64,000 bases of DNA from Candidatus Dojkabacteria bacterium (GTDB lineage: Bacteria > Patescibacteriota > Dojkabacteria > J137): assembly GCA_030834985.1 (NCBI GenBank), contig JAUQWV010000006.1:76168-140167 (forward strand), written 5' to 3'. The position numbers and the translations under genes were made by a program. Positions 53,600 to 61,432 of the stretch are shown here, one piece after another. Numbering within the stretch: the first letter of the stretch is position 1; each line of letters starts with the position of its first letter. The notes beneath the pieces were generated by a model. That model had not been told where the DNA came from. It ran no database searches and worked only from the letters and a program-made list of their open reading frames with translations.

Positions 53600-53738
53600 T
53601 TAAGACAGCAGGTAGCAATTTTAATTGCGTAAATCCAGCCGAGACGCCAAGATAGACCAAAGTAAGATAATTTACTAAGTATTTATAGGCGCTCTCAAAA
53701 AGAGCGCTTTTGTTTTATTAAATATTAATTAACCAAAA
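53600..53738 (+). promoter_or_regulatory. rplJ leader region with attenuator/terminator-like hairpin (GCGCTCT caaaa AGAGCGC + TTTTGTTTT at 53689-53716)
   Basis: 139-nt untranslated gap between rplA and rplJ. Position corresponds to the classical L10(L12)4-binding autoregulatory leader. Confidence 0.55.
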
Positions 53739-54275
53739 ATGGCCAAAACAAAAAAAGAAAAGGTGGCCCTAAAAAATGAATATGTAAGCGAATTACAAAA
53801 GGCTAAAGCGCTAGTAATAGTAAAGCCTTCAAAGCTTACACCAAATGAGGCCAATGAGTTTAGAAAAGAACTTTATGATTTTGATGCAAAATTCAATATC
53901 GTAAAAAATACTATCTTTACTCTTGCATTAGCAGAAGCAAATTTACCAGCTATTAAAGAACTAGAAAAAGGTGAACATGCAGTTTTAGTTTTAAGTGAAG
54001 ATATTGTAAGTCCTAGCAAATCTTTGAAAAAGTTTATAGAAAATACTACTAGTAAGGATGGAGAAACAAAAGTTGAAATTGTTGCTGGAATAATGGATGG
54101 TGCTCTACTAACAAAAGAGCAAGTAAGTGAATTGGCCGATATGCCAAGCTTCGATGGAAGCATTTCAATGATATTAGGCATTCTTGATAATGCTATGTCT
54201 GGAATAGTTAATGTGCTTGAAGATCCTACAAGATCTTTTGCAACTATTTTAGACCAGGCGTTTAAACAAGACTAA
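53739..54275 (+). CDS. rplJ: 50S ribosomal protein L10
   Basis: 178 aa. Conserved rplJ-rplL pair. Confidence 0.9.
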   Translation: MAKTKKEKVALKNEYVSELQKAKALVIVKPSKLTPNEANEFRKELYDFDAKFNIVKNTIFTLALAEANLPAIKELEKGEHAVLVLSEDIVSPSKSLKKFIENTTSKDGETKVEIVAGIMDGALLTKEQVSELADMPSFDGSISMILGILDNAMSGIVNVLEDPTRSFATILDQAFKQD

Positions 54276-54302
54276 TTAATTTTATATTTTATTTATCAGA
54301 CA

Positions 54303-54701
54303 ATGGCTGCAACCGACAAAGTACAAAAAATCGTTGATAGCATCAAAGAATTAACAGTTGTTGAAGCTTTTGAACTAAAGAAAGCTTTAGAAGAAACTTT
54401 TGATGTAAAAGCGAGTGCTCCAATGGCTATGGCAATGCCTATGGCTGGAGCTGCAGCACCTGCAGAGGCAGCAGAAGAAAAAACAGAATTTGATGTTATT
54501 CTTGCTGATGCTGGCGCAAATAAAATTGGTGTGATCAAAGTTGTGAAGAATATCACAGGCTTAGGCTTAAAAGAAGCTAAAGATCTTGTGGATTCTGTAG
54601 CATCAGGTCCAAAACCAATTAAAGAAGGTGCTAAGAAAGAAGAAGCAGAAGATATCAAAAAACAACTTGAAGCAGAAGGTGCTAAAGTTGAAGTTAAATA
54701 A
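54303..54701 (+). CDS. rplL: 50S ribosomal protein L7/L12
   Basis: N-terminal dimerisation helix, Ala/Pro-rich hinge, C-terminal domain [23 protein letters not shown]. Confidence 0.95.
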   Translation: MAATDKVQKIVDSIKELTVVEAFELKKALEETFDVKASAPMAMAMPMAGAAAPAEAAEEKTEFDVILADAGANKIGVIKVVKNITGLGLKEAKDLVDSVASGPKPIKEGAKKEEAEDIKKQLEAEGAKVEVK

Positions 54702-54724
54702 CTTTGAAATATTTTTGTAAATAC

Positions 54725-54766
54725 AAGCAGGTTAGTTTATATTAAGGTAAACAACCTGCTTTTTTA
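54725..54766 (+). terminator. intrinsic terminator after rplL
   Basis: AAGCAGGTT...AACCTGCTT stem followed by TTTTTT. Confidence 0.75.
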
Positions 54767-54776
54767 ATTAATATAT

Positions 54777-55511
54777 ATGGATATTATTTGGAATTTGCTA
54801 CTACAAAGAGGCATGAGCCCGGTAGAAATTGATCTATACAAGGAGGTATTTATTATCTTAATAATGCTTCCTGTTGTTACTACAATTGTAGGTATCGCAA
54901 GATATGTAATAGGAACTAGAACTCTTGGCATGTTTACACCTGTGATAATAACTTTCCTGCTCTATGAGTTTGGTAGAATTGGAACCGAACAAGATATTCT
55001 TCGAGCACTTAAATATGGAATTATTTTCTTTTTAATTGTTCTAATTGCAAGTTGGCTCAGCTACAAAATATTAAAACGTGTCCGAATGAACTATATCCCT
55101 AAGCTCACATTAGTGACCATCGGTGTAATAGTCGCGTTATTCTTGTCATTTATTGTTTCGGGCATATTAGGATTTACAGGGCCAGTATTTATAAACAAGT
55201 TTACTTTGGTTATTTTAGCTATATTAGTGGAGCCGTTTGCATCAGCCTTTGCCAGAAAGAGTTTTAGCTATGGCGTCTCCTCTGCTATTGATACATTCAT
55301 ACTTTCAGCGTTTTGTTACATAATCATATCACTAACTAAGGTACAGGAATTTGCAGAGGCTAACCTACTAGTAATTCCTGTACTAATAATTGTGAATATT
55401 TATTTAGGCAGATTTACAGGCTTACGCTTAAGTGAGTATTTAAGGTTCCGAAATATATTATTTTCAGACAACAAGGCGAGTGATAATGATACAAATAAGC
55501 AAAGTAATTGA
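54777..55511 (+). CDS. seven-helix (7TM) integral membrane protein. Candidate stand-alone homologue of the 7TM module that accompanies RimK-like ATP-grasp / QEGLA-type systems.
   Basis: Seven hydrophobic ~20-aa segments in 244 aa. Polar C-terminal tail. 3' end overlaps the next gene by 32 nt. Confidence 0.5.
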   Translation: MDIIWNLLLQRGMSPVEIDLYKEVFIILIMLPVVTTIVGIARYVIGTRTLGMFTPVIITFLLYEFGRIGTEQDILRALKYGIIFFLIVLIASWLSYKILKRVRMNYIPKLTLVTIGVIVALFLSFIVSGILGFTGPVFINKFTLVILAILVEPFASAFARKSFSYGVSSAIDTFILSAFCYIIISLTKVQEFAEANLLVIPVLIIVNIYLGRFTGLRLSEYLRFRNILFSDNKASDNDTNKQSN

Positions 55512-56934
55512 AAACAGAAAATTAGTACTAGGGCGTAATGAACGATATCTAAAATACATTAGACCGCATAACTTAAGCCGTGCTACAAAAATTGCAGATG
55601 ACAAAATTCTTACAAAAAGGATTTTGAATAAAGCTGATATACCCGTCCCCAAATTAGTTAAAGTGATAAAAGATAGAAGCCAATTAAATAGCTTTGACTT
55701 TGCTTCATTACCTAAAAGTTTTGTAATAAAACCTGTTAAAGGAGTTCGTGGAGGCGGAGTGACAATCATATATAATCGTGCAAAAGACGGTAAATGGATA
55801 GGATCAAGTAATAAAAGATTCTCGGAAGAAGATTTAAGATCCTTAATACAAGATATTTTAGATGGCCGGTACTCTCTTTTTAATGAACCAGATAGAGTTT
55901 TGATAGAAGAACGAGTACGTCCGCATAAATCTTTTAAATACTATTCGTACAAAGGCGCGCCCGATGTACGGATTATTGTGTTTAATTCTATTCCAATTAT
56001 GAGTTATATACGCTTGCCTACCAAAGAATCTAACGGGCGCGCCAACTTAGATCTAGGAGCAATAGGTGCAGGTATTGATATGGCAGTTGGAAAAACAACC
56101 GGAGCTATAATTGGAAAATCTACCCCTATAGAATATGTCCCAAATACCAATTTAGCCTTATCTGGATTAAAAATTCCATATTGGGACCGAATACTAAGAT
56201 ATGCAGTTGAAGCAAGTAAATTAACAAAACTAGGTTTTGCTGCTATCGATTTTCTAATTGATGAAGATAAAGGCCCACTAATTGTAGAGTTAAATGCCCG
56301 ACCAGGATTATCCATTCAGCTGGCAAATGAAGACGGTCTACGATGGAGATTAAAAAAAGCATCTGATATACGCGTAAAAACTACTGAGCGTGCTGTTAGA
56401 CTAGCTAAAGATCTATTCGGAGGCGAAATTGAAGAAGAAATTGAAAGTATTTCAGGTAAACAAGTTATTGGCTTACTTGAAGAAGTAAAAATATTTAATT
56501 TAGATGGTGAAAGTTTTGAACAGGTAACTGCCAAGATCGATACTGGAGCTTCGTTTACCTCGTTAGATACTGAGCTAGCTATAAAGTTGGGCATGCAGGA
56601 AGTTATTGAATTTGCAAAACCGATTCTAGAATCTATCCCTAAAAACTTTGAAACAGTAGATGAGCTTAAAAAATACTCTGCTGATAACCAACTAGAAGAA
56701 CGGTTAGAGCAACATCCTCTAATTGTTGATACTGCTATAATAAAATCTAGTAATGGCTTGGATTACAGAATTATAGTACCTATGAAGTTTCAGATTTCAG
56801 GTCTTGATGTCGAATCAAATGCTACTATTGCTAATAGAACTAACCTTAATTACAAACTAATTCTTGGAGAAAAAGATCTTAAGAAATTTCTAATAGATCC
56901 TAGTAAAAAATTAATATTAAAGCTTAAAAATTAA
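55480..56934 (+). CDS. Fusion of a RimK-related ATP-grasp amidoligase (alpha-L-glutamate-ligase-related type) with a C-terminal retropepsin-like aspartic-protease domain (RimB/COG4067 type)
   Basis: N-terminus NERYLKYIRPHNLSRATKIADDKILTKRILNKADIPVP and ATP-grasp core. C-terminus VIGLLEEVKIFNLDGESFEQVTAKIDTGASFTSLD, with DTGA at nt 56539-56550. Confidence 0.65.
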   Translation: MIMIQISKVIENRKLVLGRNERYLKYIRPHNLSRATKIADDKILTKRILNKADIPVPKLVKVIKDRSQLNSFDFASLPKSFVIKPVKGVRGGGVTIIYNRAKDGKWIGSSNKRFSEEDLRSLIQDILDGRYSLFNEPDRVLIEERVRPHKSFKYYSYKGAPDVRIIVFNSIPIMSYIRLPTKESNGRANLDLGAIGAGIDMAVGKTTGAIIGKSTPIEYVPNTNLALSGLKIPYWDRILRYAVEASKLTKLGFAAIDFLIDEDKGPLIVELNARPGLSIQLANEDGLRWRLKKASDIRVKTTERAVRLAKDLFGGEIEEEIESISGKQVIGLLEEVKIFNLDGESFEQVTAKIDTGASFTSLDTELAIKLGMQEVIEFAKPILESIPKNFETVDELKKYSADNQLEERLEQHPLIVDTAIIKSSNGLDYRIIVPMKFQISGLDVESNATIANRTNLNYKLILGEKDLKKFLIDPSKKLILKLKN

Positions 56935-56936
56935 TC

Positions 56937-58436
56937 ATGGATTTTATTATACAGCAGGCTGTTGGATCTGATATTAAAGTGTTACTTGAGCTAAAAGATC
57001 AGGTTAGACTGCACACATACAAAGAATTTATCCCAGATCTTAAGTGGGAAGATATTAAGTACAACGAAACTTATGATGCAAGGGCGCAAAAGATAATAAG
57101 CCAATTTCAGGAAAAAAAAGTTTTCATCTTTTGCGCCAAAGATAATTCTCAAAATATTCTAGGCTATATAAAAATTATCCACAGAGGTTCCATAGTAGAA
57201 ATACAGGATTTATTTATTATCCCTACTGCTCAAGGAATGGGAATTGGATCACAACTTATGATTAAAGCTTGGGACTTATTTAAAGACCAGGATTCTGTAT
57301 GGCAGCTTAAAGTTAATGTACTCGAAAATAATACAAAGGCAATTGAATTCTATAAAAAACACGGCTTTGCTCCAGATATGGGCAGAATTTTCTACTATAA
57401 AATTGGAGATAATAAAAAAGCTAATACAATTAAAATGTATAAATTAAACGAGAAAACTACATCTCAGTTTTTACAATCGGCAAGGCTTATTTTAAATAAT
57501 TTTGTCGAGAACAATATTCCTATAATTGAAGTTGACCCATTATCAAATAGTTATATTGTATCTGTAAATGGCAACTATATTTACTCTCGAGGTATACTAA
57601 CACCACTCAATACTCTATCGGCATCTCATTTAGCAAATGATAAATTAACTAGCAAAAAAATCTTACAGTTTTTTAGAATTCCTACCCCTGATTATTTATG
57701 TTTTAGAAAGAAAGAAAATACAGATATAAAAGAAATTAGACTAAAGCTTGAAGAATTTTTACAAAAACATAGCAGGATTATCGCTAAACCACAAAACGGG
57801 CTTAAAAGCAAAGATGTATTTTTGAATATTCAAAATGTTAATCAGGCGCTGGAAGCTTATAATCATATTATTAATAAAGAATATAAAGGCGTTTTATTTG
57901 AAAGCTTTGCTGAAGGTGATGTTCATAGACTGCTCTTAGTTGACGGGACCCTTATAGCTGCACTAAGACGTGAAAAAGGCTACATTATTGCCGATGGTAT
58001 TAGCACACTTAATCAATTAATAACTCAAAAAAATCAGTATTTAGATCATGGAGGTAGAAATGTAGGCAGAATTAGAATTGATGAGAAATTGAATGCTGTA
58101 CTTAAAGATCAAGGATTTGATTCGTTAGAAGATGTACCTGCAAAAGATACTAAAGTATTTACAGAAATAGATTTTAGCAACCTTGAAACTGTTACAGAAG
58201 TTACTGACATTGTAAGCCCAGCATTAACACAAAAGCTATCTGGCTTAGCAAATAAGATCGGCCTTGGGCTAACAGGAATCGACGTTATCTCCACAGATAT
58301 TTCTGATGAGGGTAAATGCAGTATTATTGAAATCAATAAAGAGCCAAGCATCGATTTTCATCATTATCCCGATTACGGAGAAGCTAAAGATGTTGCAGGA
58401 GAGATTGTCAGGGCAATAATCAGGAAATACTCTTAA
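56937..58436 (+). CDS. GNAT N-acetyltransferase fused to ATP-grasp amino-acid ligase domain (architecture like Ngg, the N-acetylglutaminylglutamine synthetase)
   Basis: GNAT motif A IQDLFIIPTAQGMGIGSQLM...YKKHGF (aa 1-160). ATP-grasp core HLANDKLTSKKIL...IIAKPQNG...VLFESFAEGDVHRLLLVDG...ADGISTLNQLI...IIEINKEPS. Confidence 0.65.
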   Translation: MDFIIQQAVGSDIKVLLELKDQVRLHTYKEFIPDLKWEDIKYNETYDARAQKIISQFQEKKVFIFCAKDNSQNILGYIKIIHRGSIVEIQDLFIIPTAQGMGIGSQLMIKAWDLFKDQDSVWQLKVNVLENNTKAIEFYKKHGFAPDMGRIFYYKIGDNKKANTIKMYKLNEKTTSQFLQSARLILNNFVENNIPIIEVDPLSNSYIVSVNGNYIYSRGILTPLNTLSASHLANDKLTSKKILQFFRIPTPDYLCFRKKENTDIKEIRLKLEEFLQKHSRIIAKPQNGLKSKDVFLNIQNVNQALEAYNHIINKEYKGVLFESFAEGDVHRLLLVDGTLIAALRREKGYIIADGISTLNQLITQKNQYLDHGGRNVGRIRIDEKLNAVLKDQGFDSLEDVPAKDTKVFTEIDFSNLETVTEVTDIVSPALTQKLSGLANKIGLGLTGIDVISTDISDEGKCSIIEINKEPSIDFHHYPDYGEAKDVAGEIVRAIIRKYS

Positions 58437-59298
58437 AATATTCATCCAAATACTTTAAGACAGTAAAATCATGTCTAAATGCTGGGGCAGGATTTACTTC
58501 AAACAGATATATTTTTGAATTTTTATTAGAAACTACAACATCTACACCTGCTACTTGTAAATTTTTTACCTTTGCAGCTTTTACTGCAATTTCTGATATT
58601 TCAGGAAAGTCCTCTGGTTTTAAATACTCTACTTCTGCTCCTAAAGATACATTGTTTCTAAACTCAGCAGAATCTTTATTTCTAACTCTTTTTTTCACTA
58701 CTGCTACTTTTTCGCCGAAAACTACAAATCGATAATCAAAATCATTAGGAATCAATTCTTGAATAAAATAGTATTCATCTTTTAGCTCTTCTTTAATCTT
58801 TACATAGTCATCAAATGAATTAAGCAGATAGACACCTTTCCCTTCATTGCCTCTAGTAGCTTTTAACACTGCAGGGTAACCGCCAAGCTTTTGTATATGG
58901 GATTCTAAATTCTCATCAAGAAGTCTTTTATGAATAATAAATGTTGCAGGTAAATTCAGGCCATTCGTAATTAATAAGTAGTGTTGGTGTATTTTTGAAC
59001 CGTAATTTGAAAGTCCTACTGCACTGTCAGCAAATTTTTTTGAATGTTTGATTAAGTGTTTAGCTAAAGTGGAAGCTATATCAGGGCGTTTTTCCCACGT
59101 TCTGAAATAGATGAAATCGTAATCTAAAATATTTACACCATCAATTGTTACAGTAATAGGATCTCTAAAATCAAAGATTACATCATCCAGATAACCTATT
59201 ATATAAGTATTTCCTGTTTCCTGCCCGTACTTATTAAAGTAATCTATAAAGTCAGTATCGTAAGGCTGTCTTCCTGCTTTCAGTACAAGTATTTTCAT
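58420..59298 (-). CDS. RimK/LysX/GshB-family ATP-grasp ligase
   Basis: KIHQHYLLITNGLNLPAT, YPAVLKATRGNEGKGVYLL, YFIQELIP, DYRFVVFGEKVAVVKKR, LQVAGVDVV, LFEVNPAPAF. Confidence 0.7.
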   Translation of the reverse strand: MKILVLKAGRQPYDTDFIDYFNKYGQETGNTYIIGYLDDVIFDFRDPITVTIDGVNILDYDFIYFRTWEKRPDIASTLAKHLIKHSKKFADSAVGLSNYGSKIHQHYLLITNGLNLPATFIIHKRLLDENLESHIQKLGGYPAVLKATRGNEGKGVYLLNSFDDYVKIKEELKDEYYFIQELIPNDFDYRFVVFGEKVAVVKKRVRNKDSAEFRNNVSLGAEVEYLKPEDFPEISEIAVKAAKVKNLQVAGVDVVVSNKNSKIYLFEVNPAPAFRHDFTVLKYLDEYFKSIS

Positions 59299-59323
59299 AG
59301 TATCATTGTAATTATTAGTATCT

Positions 59324-61432
59324 ATGAATTATATTACAAAAGGTATGAGCTTAGAAGCTATAAATCCTCAAGAAAGAAGCCCTGAATTAATTCCAATAGA
59401 AAGAGCTCAGCTAGAAATAATCCAACTTGGTGAAAATATAGCTAAAGAAATAAAGAATCTGAAAGAAGCTTCTAAAGTAATGATCATAATCACTGCCATA
59501 TTTAATAATAACCTTGATTTCTCTAATCCTGAATTAGTAAGCTTAGAAATTGATAATGTAAGAAAATCTCTATTAGAAATATGCGACAATGCCGAAATTC
59601 CTGAGCCGGAAGCGATCTTGCAGCTAAAAGAAATCATACAAAGTTTTGATTTTGGATCTCCTTTAGATTTAAAAGAACTTATATCTAAGATTGACAAGCT
59701 GTTGTTAGAAGTCATTAAAAATGAATCTATTCCCTTAACAGCAAAGAGCAAATTCTTCCAGAAAATTAAAGGTATTTGTGAAGTAAATCATCAAAATAGT
59801 GTTGCCAATAAAATTCAAATGACTGAATCAACAATATCATTATCTCAAGATATGCCGCTTCCAGTTAATGTTAGCTATATTTTAAATCCCGAGATGATTT
59901 CAGAAAGAGATGCTGCGCTAAGACGATTAAAGAATAGTATACAGACTCAGGAATCACTACTATTTCAATACTCTGCAAGTGAATACATTGAAAAGATCCA
60001 TGGAACTGATCTAATTGATGCTGAAGAGGAGTATTACAGACAGTCAGAGTTTTATAACTCTAATAAACCAGAGCTAGTAGAAAATACAGTCCCTAAAAAC
60101 AAAAAGGAAGGCTACCCTCTTGAACTCATAGTGATTCTTAAAGGCGGGCCTAAAGAAGTTACTTTTCGCCAACTGAATATGGCTAAAATACAATTATTAA
60201 GAATCTATCGTGAATTTATTAATACCTTAATAACTACAGAAATCATTGATAATAGAATTATTGAAGAACAATTATCAGAACTTGAAAATTCTTTACGAAT
60301 AGGAATAGATGAAACCTCAGAAGCTGAAATTAAAAGACGAAAGCAAACCAGACGAATCTCATTATTTGACATGCTACATATGGGTACCGTTGCAGCAAAT
60401 AAAGTTAACCCAAATATGACTTCAGAAAATCAAGTTCCACTATCGCAAGAAGTTTTAGATTATACGGGAGGAACAAAGCCAGCAAATACTTCTAGAGAGC
60501 TTTTTATAAGTAAATTAACCAAAGAGCAAAGAAGAAGGTTTGAAGTGTTAGAGTCTTTAAAAGACTATCAGTTTGATGAGACTCAAGATGGAATTCCAAG
60601 TCGGATTTATAGAAGATTCATAGAAAAACTTGGAATAGCTACCCCACTTGAAGATGTAGATGAACAATTGGAATTATCTGAAAAGAAAATACCTAACAAT
60701 AAATTTAAAACATACACTATTAAAGTTAGACCTGGTGGCACAGTAGCGGTCGACCATGGGTTTAGAACAATTTTAATTCCCAGAACTTGGAAACCTAAAT
60801 TATCAAGTATTTTAATATCTATCCAACATGAGATTGGCCACGTTGCACAACAATTATCACGAGATCAGAGCTTTCTGCCTGGTGTTAATATTTTAAGCGG
60901 ACTTGGCAGATCAGGCACATTAGCCGAAGCTGGAGCAATAAAATCTGAAGCCTTAATGGCAGAACTTCTAATTAAAGAACGCGAAATTAATACTTATCAT
61001 GTAAGTATTGTAAAAGGAATTATTGAAGGAAAAAACTATTGGGAACTAGTTGAAATGGTATTAAAGACTCTTTTTGAAAGGAATATTAGAAATAATGAAA
61101 ATAAATCAAAAGAAGAGCTAGCCAGAACTGCTATTAAAACTGTCAATAGAGCCTACTCCTCTTTAGGCGCAATGGGAAACAAGACAGATCCACATGGACG
61201 ATATCCGACCTATGCTGGATTTCTATCATATACTTACCAAGGCTTGCCAGAGTTTAGCCAGCAGCCATTTTATATAAGTGGTATTCCTGCACACAGAATA
61301 GATCTCCAAGAGTTTATGCCACAACCTCAAATTGAAGGTGTCCCAATTACAGAAGAACTAATAGCAGAAATTATAATAGATGCAGCCTACGAAGTCTTAG
61401 CAGAAAATGGGATTATAAATACAGCTAATTAA
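59324..61432 (+). CDS. 702-aa protein with C-terminal HExxH zincin-like metallopeptidase domain (possibly DUF1704/MATCAP/QEGLA-family-like); N-terminal ~480 aa unassigned
   Basis: ISIQHEIGHVAQ (HEIGH at nt 60827-60841). Candidate third ligand in KSEALMAE ~40 aa downstream (nt 60941-60964). Confidence 0.5.
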   Translation: MNYITKGMSLEAINPQERSPELIPIERAQLEIIQLGENIAKEIKNLKEASKVMIIITAIFNNNLDFSNPELVSLEIDNVRKSLLEICDNAEIPEPEAILQLKEIIQSFDFGSPLDLKELISKIDKLLLEVIKNESIPLTAKSKFFQKIKGICEVNHQNSVANKIQMTESTISLSQDMPLPVNVSYILNPEMISERDAALRRLKNSIQTQESLLFQYSASEYIEKIHGTDLIDAEEEYYRQSEFYNSNKPELVENTVPKNKKEGYPLELIVILKGGPKEVTFRQLNMAKIQLLRIYREFINTLITTEIIDNRIIEEQLSELENSLRIGIDETSEAEIKRRKQTRRISLFDMLHMGTVAANKVNPNMTSENQVPLSQEVLDYTGGTKPANTSRELFISKLTKEQRRRFEVLESLKDYQFDETQDGIPSRIYRRFIEKLGIATPLEDVDEQLELSEKKIPNNKFKTYTIKVRPGGTVAVDHGFRTILIPRTWKPKLSSILISIQHEIGHVAQQLSRDQSFLPGVNILSGLGRSGTLAEAGAIKSEALMAELLIKEREINTYHVSIVKGIIEGKNYWELVEMVLKTLFERNIRNNENKSKEELARTAIKTVNRAYSSLGAMGNKTDPHGRYPTYAGFLSYTYQGLPEFSQQPFYISGIPAHRIDLQEFMPQPQIEGVPITEELIAEIIIDAAYEVLAENGIINTAN

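Noticed and set aside
54296-54658. 120-aa minus-strand ORF
   Set aside because: Antisense to rplL (the Ala-rich gene gives an open antisense frame). No independent support.
56937-58436. Interpreting the GNAT-ATP-grasp gene as an ordinary NAGGN osmolyte synthase (ngg)
   Set aside because: No asnO-like amidotransferase is adjacent. Its neighbours are further ligases and two peptidases rather than osmoregulatory genes. Kept only as an architectural analogy.
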